Shown here: positions 25,131-37,960 of the stretch, one piece after another
Layout of the letters: each line of letters starts with the position of its first letter
Position numbering within the stretch: position 1 is the stretch's first letter
Assembly (NCBI GenBank): GCA_951406725.2
Contig: OX597821.1
Span: 80,848,001-80,912,000, forward strand
DNA length: 64,000 bases
Origin: Octopus vulgaris
Taxonomy: Eukaryota
Reading direction: 5' to 3'
Made by a program: the position numbers and the translations under genes
The notes under the pieces: model-generated
What the model was told of the DNA's origin: nothing
The model's database searches: none
The model's input: only the letters and a program-made list of their open reading frames with translations

Positions 25131-26268
25131 TATTTCATACTAATTGATAATGACAATTTTTATTATTTTATAACTCAGTATAATATTCTATATTATCTTT
25201 TTTTTTTCATTTGATTGCAGTTAATCAATCAATTTACTTTCATAAATTATTTCAATAACTGACACAGTAAAAGTATAATGGTGAAAAAATGCCCACAGGA
25301 CGAGAAACGTGACCTTCGACTCTGAGAACCACACACATAGATTATATTGTAGTCAAATGTTTTGGCCAGGACTGCATATGTAATCGAATACAATGTAACA
25401 AAAGTAATAAAAAATGTTGCAAACAAATTGTTAGGCATTTCGTATGATTTGTCTGGTATATTGGATTACACTTGCAGTACTGATTGAAATAGGCCCTTCT
25501 GTACTATATAATGTGTTATATAATGTACTGAAGCATTATATGAAGCACTTTCTACGTACACATAGGGGAAGGATTCTATTCCAAGTGGAAATTTACTACA
25601 AAACAATTACACAAGAGATTTTTTTAAAGCAGAAATAAATTCTATTTGTATGTTCTTAACAAGAAGAATCAACACATTTCCTACAGATATGAAAGATACA
25701 ATAAATAATCACCGATGAGATGTTTGAAGAGAAAAACAGTGCAGCAATTGATGAATGTCTCCACATCCTCCTGGTTATAATGATAACTTTTAATCAATTT
25801 TTCATCAACGATAGTTAAAATACTGTAATATTTGAATACATATTCTATTATATACGCACAGGCAAGGTTGTATGGTTAAGAAGATCACATTGCAACGGAC
25901 GGTTTGGACTCAGTCTTATTTCACAGCACCTTGGACAAGCGTTTTATGCAATGGCCCAGGACCAACTAATGTCTTGTGAATTAATTTGGTTGACGATCCC
26001 TGTGTGAAAACCGGTTGTGTGTGTGTGAGAGAGAGTTCTTATTCTTTTATTATTTTACCTGTTTCAGTCATTTGGCTGCAGCCATGCTGGAGCCCCGCCT
26101 TGAAGGAGATTTGGTCGAACAAATCTACTCCAGGGCTTATTTCTTATGCCTAGTATTTATTTGATCGGTCTTTTTGCCGAACCGCTGAGTTGCAGGGACG
26201 TAGACACACCAACACCTATTGTCAGTGATGGGATGACAGACATAGACACAAAGACACACACGTATAAA

Positions 26269-26329
<61 letters not shown>

Positions 26330-26459
26330 TCCTTTGCACTCACAGGTCAATCTTTGACACCCATCCCTTCTACCCTCTCTAATTCCTTCTTTCTCTCTAT
26401 TCTCCCCCCCCCCTTGTTGCTTTCGTCCCTCTTCTCTCTCTCTTCCTTCTTTTCTCTCT

Positions 26460-26972
26460 TCTCTGTCACGTGACTGCTGGCCAAAATCCGCCTTTCGGCC
26501 TCTGACCAGCGCCGTGACAACATCGTTGTCCTCGTTCGCCGCTAAGGCAATTCGCCGCTAAGGCAATTTTTCCAAAATACGCCAGCCAGACCTGTTTGCA
26601 CTGTTATTAGTCGTAAGACACTTGCTGTTTTTACCATTATTGCTTTTGTATTTCACGTTTTTGTATTTCATTATTGTTTTTTGTTTTTTATATTCGTGTG
26701 GCACCGTCCGTTTTGCTGTCCTTGTGTTCGTATGCATTCGATCCTTCTTCCAGGAAATCTACGCTCCTAGCTTAGTTTTTCTAATGCTCGTTGCTTAGTT
26801 TTTCCTGGAGGGCTGGCCGGTTCTAGTAATCTCAAGATTAATCAGCCGAAATTACTACGATGATCCGGTTCTTGACTGAAGACTGAGGGCTTCGAATGTC
26901 CTGTCTGTGTTTGTTGTATCGTCTTCTAAGTTTTTATGCGTTCTTGTCTCAGTTTGTATTTTTCTACATATC

Positions 26973-26975
<3 letters not shown>
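26460..26975. mobile_element. CpG-rich interspersed repeat ending in (TA)n, probably pLTR-like
   Basis: Composition and (TA)n terminus match the other pLTR-like inserts; no convincing ribozyme core. Confidence 0.35.
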
Positions 26976-27022
<47 letters not shown>

Positions 27023-27137
27023 CGACAGGCTTCTTTCAGTTTCCGTCTACCAAATCCACTCACAAGGCTTTGGTCGGCTATAGCAGAAGACGAAGCAAGC
27101 TTCTTACCACACAGCCAAGCCTGCGTCTATAAATAGA

Positions 27138-27592
27138 CAGGTCGCCGTCGACTTACGACCTATCCGACTTACGACCGATCGACTTTACGACGATTGGCGC
27201 GCCAGCTCACGGCAGCAATAATTTATGGTCCAGGTGAAATCTAATGGGTTTAATTTCTTAGAAATTCATATACCGATGATGCCAGCTAACATACGCTTAC
27301 TGTAGGTTTGGTTTTCGATCGCCACTGTGATTATCCCAAGTGTTGGATGAATATCCTGTCGCAGAGACATTGAGACAACCTCGCATTTGTTTATTTGACG
27401 GCTGCTTGAGACTCCGAACAAATAACACTGTTGTAGTATGATACAAAATGCTGTGTGTGACTTTTACCTAAGAATGTACCTTAAAAATGTAATAATATAA
27501 AACAAAGCCATGTAGGTCTATAGGCCGACTTACAACCAAATCGACTTACTACAAGTCAGTCGGAAACAATTGTGGTCGTAAGTCGACGACGA

Positions 27593-27596
<4 letters not shown>
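27138..27596. mobile_element. pogo/Tigger-type MITE
   Basis: 23-bp TIR CAG(G/A)TCG(C/T)CGTCGACTTACGACC, subterminal CGACTTAC repeats, TA on the right. Confidence 0.85.
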
Positions 27597-27672
<76 letters not shown>

Positions 27673-27986
27673 GATGTGCCTTTGTGTGTGTCCTTTACCA
27701 CCGTCTGACAACTGAATGCGTTGGTTTATTTGTGTTCTTGTTACCGGAAGAGTTTTAGTTGAGCAAATTGACTCCAGTATTAATGCTTTTCTTTTTTCAA
27801 GCCTGGTAGTTATTCTATCAGGTGTCTTTTGCCGAACTGCTAATTTACGGGAACGTAAACAAACCAGCACCAGTTGTCAGACGGTGGAAAGGACAATGGT
27901 GAAACACAGACACACCGATATAGATACACACACATACACACAACACAAACACACATATACATACATACGTGTGTGTGTGTGTTCGT

Positions 27987-28054
<68 letters not shown>

Positions 28055-28059
28055 TTTAT

Positions 28060-28247
28060 ATCAAAATAAGCAACAAGTATATCCGAGGTAATGTGGTACG
28101 ATCGTTTCATGCTACTACATTACCTCGGATATACTTGTTGCTTATTTTGATTATAATCACTCCATGGATTTATATGGATAATACCATACAAAATTCTGGT
28201 GCCTTTGGCTTAAGAACCATATTCATCTGAATCTAAATTTTGCTGAA

Positions 28248-28250
<3 letters not shown>
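28060..28250 (+). mobile_element. Short (TA)n-flanked inverted copy of the 22.6-kb hammerhead element
   Basis: 28115-28250 matches 22668-22803; 39-bp inverted arms 28060-28098 / 28113-28151. Confidence 0.85.
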
Positions 28251-28284
<34 letters not shown>

Positions 28285-28721
28285 GACGAGCTTTTACAAG
28301 TTTTCTTTCTATCGAATTCACTCATATTGCATTAGTCGGCTCGGGGTTTTAGTAGAAGACACTAGCTTAAGGTGCTGTTCAGTGGGACTGTACCCGAAAA
28401 TCCGTGGTTGCATCGCTTAACTACACGACTTGCACCTAGTCTATCACAAGTAAAATTCTCAGGCAAACTGCTAGACATAACGATCAGATATCCTTGAATC
28501 ACACTACCGTTTTGAAATGAGAAGGTTGTTACATATAATAACATGACATATATGGTAACATATAATAACATAATCTTAGATCAAAGCTTACCTGGGGCTA
28601 AATAATAATAACATCAATAACTAAAATGATTTTTCGTTTGCACAGAATAATTTTTTACGCAAAGAGTGTAACTGATGTTTATTTTATCGATTTCCACATA
28701 TACGAACGGTAACAATCAATA

Positions 28722-29288
28722 TCCTTTTCTACTCTGGGTACAAGGCCCGAAATTTTGGGGAATGAGGCAAGTCGATAAGATCGACCCTAGTACGCAGCTG
28801 GTACTTAATTTATCGACCCCGAAAGGATGAAAGGCAAAGTCGACCTCGGCGGAATTTGAGCTCAGAAGGTAACGGCAGACGAAATACCTATTTCTTTACT
28901 ACCCACAAGGGGCTAAACACAGAGAAGACAAACAAGGACAGACAAACGGATTAAGTCGATTATTTCGACCCCAGTGCGTAACTGGTACTTATTTAATCGA
29001 CCCCGAAAGGATGAAAGGCAAAGTCGACCTCGGCGGAATTTGAACTCAGAACGTAGCGGCAGACGAAATACCTATTTCTTTACTACCCACAAGGGGCTAA
29101 ACACAGAGAGGACAAACAAGGACAGACAAATGGATTAAGTCAATTATTTCGACCCCAGTGCGTAACTGGTACTTAATTTATCGACCCCGAAAGCATGAAA
29201 CGCAAAGTCGACCTCGGTGGAATTTGAACTTAGAACGTAGCAGCAGACGATATACGGCTACACATTTCACCCGGCGTGCTAACGTTTC
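28722..29288 (-). mobile_element. SINE family B tandem trimer (184-bp period)
   Basis: GAAAG(G/C)ATGAAA core at 28821, 29005 and 29189. Confidence 0.9.
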
Positions 29289-29353
29289 CATATCAGTATA
29301 ATTTGAACTTTGTACGATGAAAGACTGAAACGATATAATATTCCACTGCACTA

Positions 29354-29560
29354 AGGTGGCGAGCTGGCAGAATCGCTAGCATACCGGACAAAATGCTTAG
29401 CGGCATTTCGTCCACTTTTAGGTTCTGAGCTCAAATTCCACTGAGGTCGACTTTGTTTTTCTTCTTTCTGAGTCGATAAACAAGTACCAGTTGCGTACTG
29501 GTCAGCGTAATCGTCTTAATCTCTGAAATTGCTGACCTTGTGCCAAAATTTGAAATCAAT
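29354..29560 (+). mobile_element. SINE family B monomer
   Basis: Head GGTGGCGAGCTGGCAGAA, B-box-like GAGCTCAAATTCC. Confidence 0.85.
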
Positions 29561-29979
29561 ATTTCACTGCACTTTTATCAACAAATTTCTTTGTAGCTAG
29601 AGTGCGTGCTGCCCGGAACAGTCCTTGAGTTCGCCGCCCTCCTACGGAGCCCCAGCAAGCCCCTCCTAAAAGTATTGTGGGACGGAGTGGACCGCCTCAC
29701 TCGCCTTCCCAAACCACTGGCTACGCTACTTTTATAGAGTTGCCTCATTTCAATATTCCTTCTTTTAAAACAAGCACTCGGGTGTCAGAATCATTTCGGT
29801 ATCGCAAGAACCTTGTTGTAACTATTCCGGATCTTCTCTGAATTTTGTGTTCAAATTCCGTCGAGGTCAAATTCACCTTACATCCTTCATGGGTAATAAA
29901 TAAATTACCAGTTAAGTACTGCGGTCAAGTCTGTTTGTCCCTCATTCTTTCTATTTCTTTCTATCTTTCTTTTTCTCTC

Positions 29980-30046
<67 letters not shown>

Positions 30047-30098
30047 GTCTGTCAGTCTATCTATCTGTCAATCTCTCATTCTCTGTCTGTCTGTCTGA

Positions 30099-30136
<38 letters not shown>

Positions 30137-30696
30137 TTCACGCACACATAATCGGAAACACTGAACCGTGAAAGTGTTGCAGAGAACCAGAGAACCACTC
30201 ATCGTGCCCCTTTCGTCCAAGATATGGACACTGGATGAGCAAGGACTAGCAACCTATTCTTATCTAGCGTTCTATAAAAATCACCGTAACTTACTGCAGA
30301 GTCCGTGGACAGACTGATGTATGTAACACCACGGAACAGTCAAAATAGTGAAGAAACATTTAAGTACCATGAAAAAAATTACAAGAAAAATGAATTAATG
30401 AATTTTACAAATCCATAGAAATGCAACTTATAAAAAATTAGGTATCGATTTTAAGATTTAAAAGGTTTTGAACTTCAGAGAGTTCACCAACGAAACAGTT
30501 TTGAATGGTCAGACCTGAATATGGACGAGGTTCTCCACTCCAGTTTTAAAATATAACACCTTTGTTTTCAGTCGATATTTTGATTTCTAACAAAAGCAAA
30601 ACGCCATAATTTTATCTTATTTTATTGGAGGGTACTTTATTTTATCGGCCTCATTATGTTAATCATGAAGCTGTACACAGAAAATAAGGGTCGTAT

Positions 30697-31125
30697 CAGG
30701 GCCGGATTTAGACCCACCGAGACCCTAAGCACTTAAAAGATGTTGGTGTCCCCATAAAAGATTATGTAATTCAAAATATGAACAATAGCAAACCATACAA
30801 TAAATGTTCATTTTTCAAAACGAAACAAAATAGTAAGAAGGAAAATAATTTTTGCATATTTCCACTTATTTCCATTTATATTTGAAAAGTTTCCTCCTAC
30901 TTTTTTGAATTGCAAAGTCTTTGATCAGATCCTCAAAATTAATCTTAGGTAACACATCTGCTTCTATACTTAGTAGAGATAAAGGCATCCTGAATATTAT
31001 TTTAGCAAGTTTAAAGTGATTTCTTTTGTGTCGTCAACCATTTACCATTTCTGTGGTTCCCCCTCCTCCTTCCCTTGGTGCCCTAAGCATGTTGCTTATT
31101 TTGCTTAATAGTTAATCCAGCGCTG
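30697..31125 (-). mobile_element. Non-autonomous hAT element
   Basis: TIR CAGGGCCGGATT / AATCCAGCGCTG, 8-bp TSD GGTCGTA(T/G); minus-strand remnant LSLLSIEAD..INFEDLIKDFAIQKSRRK (hAT C-terminus). Confidence 0.85.
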
Positions 31126-31193
31126 GGTCGTAGCTAAACACCGCTGGGCATTTTGTCCGCCTCTGTATTGCTACCGTTCCAACCGTATATTAG

Positions 31194-31436
31194 CAGAGAG
31201 TCTCAACCAATTTTTATCCATGGATCCTTTTGATTCCCATTTTACTCAGTAAGGTGGGACCAGCCATTCGATGTCAAACAACAAATATTTATGAGTAAAT
31301 ATTATTAGGAAGTGTACAAAAAATGTTTAGATATTCTGTGCATTGTAGAAAAATAAATAATTTATTGAACATGGATTTTAACAACAAAATCTTATATGGA
31401 CCCTAAAGGTCTTACGGACCCCGTTGAGAACCAGTG
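31194..31436. mobile_element. hAT (Charlie-like) MITE
   Basis: CAGAGAGTCTCAACC ... GTTGAGAACCAGTG; related element at 33329-34165. Confidence 0.6.
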
Positions 31437-31545
31437 GCAGAGACGTTTGTCAATGAATCCTTCCTTCTCTCTCTTTCTCTCCTCCTCCTCCACTCTTTCT
31501 CTCATAAATATAGCAAATATTTAAAAGTGGTAAAGTGATACTCAC

Positions 31546-31600
31546 CAATGTTATAAAGCAGGACTGATAAAGCCAAACACAGCAACAGTTTAGAATCCAT
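31546..31600 (-). CDS. Coding exon 1 of a secreted large lipid transfer protein (vitellogenin/apolipophorin-like); signal peptide MDSKLLLCLALSVLLYNI(G)
   Basis: ATG with A at -3 and G at +4, hydrophobic core, ends in phase 1 at a consensus G|GTGAGT donor. Confidence 0.8.
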
Positions 31601-32078
31601 TATGAAAGTGGAATAGAAATTTTTCAAAGCATAAGAAAAAATAAAATGAAAGACCGAGTCTTAAAGTCTTCTCTTTGATTCTCCTTCTGTTTGTTTACAC
31701 ATATGTTTGTGTGTTGGCGTATTGTGTTGCAAAAGAGACAAAAATATCTTAAGACTTCCGTCTGATCATTTAGAAAGAAGAGAGGCCAGTTCTTGAGACC
31801 AGTCCAAAATCGAATGGCTTAATCCAACCTTTGGCGAGAATGACTCTCGTCAAATGGAATAAAGCAGACGACACTCGCCGTTTTGCTTTTAAAGTCGAAA
31901 GTAGGGGAAAAAGTGATTGAGAGAAGTATGAGGAGTGAAAGAGTAGAAGCGACGAGAGAGGGGGACATTTGGGGTGAGGGTCGGAGTGAGAAAAAAAAAG
32001 AAGATGAGTGAAGACGATAGGACTGAGTTAGGGAAAGAGTTAGAGTCAATAGGATAGAAAGGGAGGAATATGGGGAGT

Positions 32079-32120
<42 letters not shown>

Positions 32121-32420
32121 AGGGGTTGAGGTGGGTGAAGAGTAATAAATGAGAAGAGGGAGAAGAGAAAAAAGTAAAGAAAATGGGTTGTGATAGAGAG
32201 AGAAAGAAAACGAAAGTAAGTGATGAATATATAGAGGAGAGGAGAGGAGAGGAGAAGGAGGAGACGGAGTAGAAAAGAGATGAAGATGGCGAAGGGAAGA
32301 AGAAGAGAAAGAAATATACTGTTAGGCTTTAGCTGCGAAAAATAATGGGCGTGGCGTTGTGATGAGAGTAAAAATAGAGGTGGAGACTAAAGGGCGTAGG
32401 GTGTTACTAGTGATGGGGTG
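31601..32420 (-). promoter_or_regulatory. Putative 5' UTR and promoter of the lipid-transport gene
   Basis: Transposon-free stretch upstream of the ATG with a long (GA)n tract, GGGCGTGGC (Sp/KLF-like, ~32346) and AAGATGGCG (YY1-like, ~32283); TSS cannot be located. Confidence 0.4.
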
Positions 32421-32454
32421 TTACTGGTGATAAGGAGAGAGGTCGGGTAGATGG

Positions 32455-33150
32455 TATTCTTTTAACTTGTTTCAGTCATTTGACTGCGACCATGCTGGAG
32501 CACCGCCTTTAGTCGAACAAATCGACCCCAGGACTTATTCTTTGTAAGCTCAGTACTTAATCTAGTACTTTTTGGTTATCTCACCCCATTAAAAAAAGAT
32601 TGCCATTAAAAAATTGGGTTACCTCCCCACTAAAAAGTTGAGCTTATGTGGCGACATGAGATTGAATTAAAAGGGTTCGATCCTTTTGATTCAATACTCT
32701 AATGTGTTGTTGCCTTTTGGCCAGGGTATGATTAGTTATAAAAATGTTATCAGGTTCAATAAGATGTTTATTAATTTTTCATTTTTGTTTTATTGAGGGT
32801 TAAACAATTTTTTTAGTTGGAGGAGATAACCCAATTTTTTAATGGGGGTGAGATAACCAAAAAGTACCCTTATTCTATCGGTCTGTTTTGCCGAACCGCT
32901 AAGTTACGGGGGCGTAAACACACCAACATCGGTTATCAAGTGATGGTGGGAGGACAAACATACACACACACACACACACAATACATATATATATGACGAG
33001 CTTCTTTCAGTTTCCGTCCACCAAATCCACTCACAAGGCTTCGGTCGACCAGAGGCCATAGTAAAAGGCACTTGCCCAAAGTGCCACGCAGTGAGACTGA
33101 ACCCAGAACCATGTGGTTGGGAAGCAAGCTTCTTACCACACAGCCACGCA
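32455..33150 (-). mobile_element. SINE family A interrupted by a MITE
   Basis: SINE halves are collinear on either side of 32564-32868. Confidence 0.85.
32564..32868. mobile_element. Merlin-like MITE
   Basis: TIR (G/A)GTACTTTTTGGTTATCTCACCCC; 8-bp TSD CTTA(A/T)TCT. Confidence 0.7.
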
Positions 33151-33328
33151 TGTGGAACTTGCAGTGACTGTCGTGGTTGTGGCAGTGCTGGTGGTGACAG
33201 TTGTAGTAGAAGAGGTAGTGTGAGTGGTAGAGGTCGTGTTAATGAAGTTGGTTGTTGTCACTATTATTGTTTAACCCCAGGTCAACGTTGACCGAGTAGA
33301 CCTTTGATCAAAGTAGTGGTATAGCTAG

Positions 33329-33702
33329 CAGGGATTCTCAACCATTTCTATCTATGGACCCCTTTCATTACTGTTCCATTCTGGTGAATTCCCATCGCCA
33401 TTCTGTGTTTAAAAACTAGTTTGTAGATATTTCTTTCAAATTTCCTATTTTGTTTTTCACGCATTAATTCATGTAGGCCCAGGAGTGGCTGTGTGGTTAG
33501 TAGCAGGCTTACCAACCACATGGTTCCGGGTTCAGTCCCACTGCGTGGCACCTTGGGCAAGTGTCTTCTACTGTAGCCTCGGGCCGACCAAAGCCTTGTG
33601 AGTGGATTTGGTAGACGGGAACTCAAAGAAACCCGTCACTGTATTTGTTCCACGTCCTCGCGTCGTTGTGTTTTCTCTTGGTGTTTTCATGTTTGGATTA
33701 AC

Positions 33703-33766
<64 letters not shown>

Positions 33767-34165
33767 TGTGTGTGTGTGTGTGTGTTTGTGTGTCTGTGTT
33801 TGTCCCCCTAGCATTGCTTGACAACCGATGCTTGTGTGTTTATGTCTCCGTCACTTAGCGGTTCGCTAGAAGAGACCGATAGAATAAGTACTAGGCTTAC
33901 AAAGAATAAGTCCCGGGGTCGATTTGCCCGACTAAAGGCGGTGCTCCAGCATGGCCACAGTCAAATGACTGAAACAAGTAAAGAGAGAGTAGGCTGAACT
34001 ATGCAAGGTGTTAGAGAAAGAAATTGAGCTGTTTTTTGCAATGCATATAATTAAAGCAAAATTTTTCATAGGCCCTTAAAATACTATTGTGAATCCCCAA
34101 TTTACTATGTTGTTGTGTGAACCCCTCAAAATATTATATGGACCCTCAGGGTCCATAACCGCTGA
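33329..34165. mobile_element. hAT-like MITE containing a nested SINE A (33475-33985, +)
   Basis: CAGGGATTCTCAACC left end, GGACCC subterminal repeats; full SINE inside. Confidence 0.6.
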
Positions 34166-35331
34166 ACTAAAGTGTGTGCTGCCGGGACAGTCTTTGTATT
34201 CGTAGCCCCATCCGGGTTCAAATACGCATGATTATACAGCAAACCTCAAAATTGCTGTCCCCTTCAAAAGCATCGCCCAAGATGGACCGCCGCCTCGGCC
34301 TTCCTAGCAAGGCTACAGGCTCGAAGGCTTTCCAACCGTGACCATCCTATCTTTTTCCCATGTGCAGAAAATCCCCGGACCGCATAATGAAACCATACTT
34401 TTTTTTTTAGGCAATGAAAGTGTGATTTGAGACAGGTTTGGCTGCTATTTCTAGCATGTAGAAACTCCCGGTAATGGCCCATGATGTCGAGAGATGATAA
34501 AAGCCACAGAGGGCGACTATAATGGCGGTGACACTGGTGTAGGTGGAGGATAACCGAGGTGGGCGTTGATGGTGCGGTGATAATCGTGGTGGTGGTGGTG
34601 GTGGTGGTTAGGGCGAGGTAACAGTTATATAATAATGACATTTTTTACTCCCTTCCAAGCACATCAACCAGCCACCCCATTTACAATTACCACCATCACA
34701 CCATCACAGTATTCCCAAAGTCATTATTGCTGGCACCCCGCATCCGTCAATGTGAAAGTTCTCCCTTCGCTTCGAGTCAGGTCATCACTCGGATCTTTTT
34801 TTTTATATCAAATATCTATTTAAGAGCTTCTCTGTATCTTACCTCCCTCCTGTCCCCCCCCCATCTCTGTCTGTCTGTCTCTCTCTCTTTCTCATTGACT
34901 GTCAGACACACACACACACATACACACACACTCTCTCTCTGTGTCTCTCAGTCTGTCAGTCTCTCTCTCCCCCTCTCTCTCTCCTTTTCTTATAATTTTT
35001 TTGTTCTTTTTTCACTGCTACTTTTTAACTTAGTCTTATAAAACTTTCGTCTCTTGCATTATATACTTACGTACATACATACGTACATACATACTGCATA
35101 CATACATACATATACATACATACATACATACATACATACATACATACATACATACATACATACATACATACATTCATACGTACATACACATACATACACA
35201 TACATACATACATACATACATACATACATACATACATACATACATACATACATGCATGCATGCATGCATGCATACATACATACATACATACATACATACA
35301 GACATACAGACAGACAGACAGACAGACAGAC

Positions 35332-35743
35332 ATTGCAGTTACTCTGTCCAGATTACAAGTTCAGGTTGATACCTGTAATTATTGGGGCCCCGGGATATAT
35401 AGCACACTGTCTAAATACCAATCTTGAGAAATTAGGCTACTTAAAACCAGAAAGGAGAAAGCTACAGATCCAATCCATCACTGGAACTGTAAAAATCTGT
35501 AAAACTCTCCAGAATTTTATCATTTAGATATATATGAGCATGTCTAGATATGCAACTGTATGCATAAAAATACATACATAAAGCGAAACATACAAATCTG
35601 CACACATACATACATACATACATACAAACATACAAAAATACTCTGTTGCTGATATTGAAATTCCAATGAAGGAACCTTGGATCTAGGTTAGAAACCGGCT
35701 CTTTCTCTATTGGCAAGAAACCTTGAAATATAACTGGACAATG
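35332..35743 (+). mobile_element. 3' end of an RLE-type LINE embedded in (CATA)n/(CAGA)n
   Basis: YKFRLIPVIIGAPG...ITGTVKICK* plus 3' UTR; tetranucleotide repeats on both sides. Confidence 0.75.
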
Positions 35744-35861
35744 ACATACATACATACACACATACATACCTACCTACCTACCTACCTACCTACCTACCTA
35801 CCTACCTACCTACATACATACATACATACATACATACATACATACATACATACATACATTC

Positions 35862-37300
35862 ACAGATATGTTAGTAGAAAGCTCCAGGATGATTGTAACA
35901 TTGATCAGCAAAGCAGTCTATCATGGACCAACAACCCGATTACTAACTCTCACTTTGAAGGGTATGTGTTTGCAATACAGGAACAGGAAATATCAATCAA
36001 ATACTTGACCGAACGAGGCTTTGTGGAGTTAACACCGAAGCTATCACCCATTATAAGCAGTTGTCCAAAAATGTCATTGCGGTATTATCTATTGATGGGA
36101 CGTGATGTTGTAACCAAGATACTATAATGAGATTCGTCGAAAGGATAACCCCGATACCAAACAAATAAGACCCCATAGTAAGGTAGAGGCCATAACCACT
36201 TGCACTAAGAAGTACAAGTGGATTGTTCCTGTGAAAACCCCTATAAAATGTAAACATTATATACTTGACATAGTGATTTTGGAAAGAGAAAAGAAATTGG
36301 GTACAGTAGAGGAAATTAGCTGCTCAGCGAAAAGAAAACACCAGCGCTGAACTATTGAGAAATCTACAGTTGCTCTACACAGATTACAAGTTCATATTTA
36401 TACCTGTAATTATTGGGGCACAGGGATATGTATCACATGGCCTAGTTACCTATCTTGAGAAATTAGTCTTCCCAAAACCAGAAAGGAGAAAGCTGATTCG
36501 AAAATTACAGACCCAAGCCATCACTGGAACTGTAAAGATTTGTAAAACTTTCCAGTTTATCAGTTAAGTATTAGGTTGTCCGGAAAGTTCGTGCCGATTT
36601 ATAGTAGCTTACCTTTCGACTTATTCAAGAACATGGCTGAGTCCATAAAATTTGGATTTGACTACACCTCCATTTACAGCACAGTTTAAGCTATCTTTTC
36701 GTAGAAGAAGGTTTATGTTCCTATAACCTGTGTTAATTCTGTAACCCTTTAAAATGGGAGATAAGAAAGTTCATTTTCGGCACTTGATGCTTTGGGAACC
36801 AGACAAAAATTGCCACAGCTCGGCTGGGATGTGTTACCCCACACTCCATATTCACCAGATATTGCTCCTTCGGATTTCCACTTATTCAGGTCTCTGCAGA
36901 ATAGTCTGAATGGTAAAAATTTCAATTCCTTGGATGATGTAAAAAGATACCTTGATGAATTCTTTGCCATGAAACCACCTCAATTCTGGGAGGAGGGTAT
37001 TTTCAAGTTAAAGGAAAGATGGAGACACATTGTGCAACAAAATGGTTCATATTTGGTAGATTAAAAATGTAATGGCAAGTATTTATTGACCTTTTTCTTT
37101 CCTTAAAAAATCGGCACAAACTTCGGACAACCCAATATATATGTGCACTAGACATGCATAAATATACAAACATACAAACAAAACATACGAATTTGCACTG
37201 ACTCCAAACACTGCACACATACACACATATAAGCAAAAATAGGGCTGTTGATGTTGCAATTCAGTAAAAGAGCCTTGGAGCTAGGTTAGAAATCGACTCC
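35862..37300 (+). mobile_element. Degenerate RLE-type LINE fragment (same family) with a mariner inserted just after its stop codon
   Basis: SHFEGYVFAIQEQEI, IISSCPKM, IPVIIGAQG...TGTVKICK; 3' UTR resumes at 37136; (CATA)n flanks. Confidence 0.75.
36571..37135 (+). mobile_element. Internally deleted mariner, copy 1
   Basis: TIR TTAGGTTGTCCGGAAAG / CGGACAACCCAA, TA TSD; GWDVLPHTPYSPDIAPSDFHLF. Confidence 0.92.
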
Positions 37301-37308
37301 TGTATGCA

Positions 37309-37340
<32 letters not shown>

Positions 37341-37616
37341 CACATACATACATGCATACATACATACATACATACATACACACATACATACATACATACA
37401 TACATGCATACATACATACATGCATACATACATGCATACATGCATGCATACATACATACATACATACATGCATGCATACATACATACATACACACATACA
37501 TACATACATACATACATGCATGCATGCATGCATGCATACATACATACATGCATACATACATACATACATACATACATGCATACATACATACATACATGCA
37601 TACATACATACATAGA

Positions 37617-37960
37617 GTAAAGGCTAAAGACCCCTTTCGGTCATGAATGACAATGGGATTGAACTTAGAAAGTTCCCCTCTGAGACACAAGTCCAGGCAA
37701 GGTTGTTTATGGAAGACCAGCTGTCACCCATGCATACTAGCATCCCCCTCTCCATGTCACCGGTGCTATCCAAGGGAAAGGCGAAGGCCGATACAGTTTG
37801 GCACCAGTAACGTTGCAACTCATTTCTACAGCAGGGTGAACTGGCGCAACGTGAAATAAAGTGTCTCGCTTAAGAACACAACAGACAATCCGGCCCGTGA
37901 ATCGAACTCACTGCCTCATGAATGTGAGCCCGACGCTCGCACCACTGAGCCATGTGCTTT
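37617..37960 (-). mobile_element. tRNA-derived SINE family E
   Basis: Minus-strand head TGGCTCAGTGG...GAGTTCGATTC; related copy at 46232-46487. Confidence 0.75.

Noticed and set aside
26800-26895. Possible hammerhead (GGCTGG/TCAGCC-GAAA, later CTGAAGA)
   Set aside because: No arrangement gives both a proper core and paired stems I and III
35663-35713. ATGA-initiated hairpin resembling a SECIS element
   Set aside because: Lacks the 3' GA of the quartet; better explained as a LINE 3' UTR stem-loop
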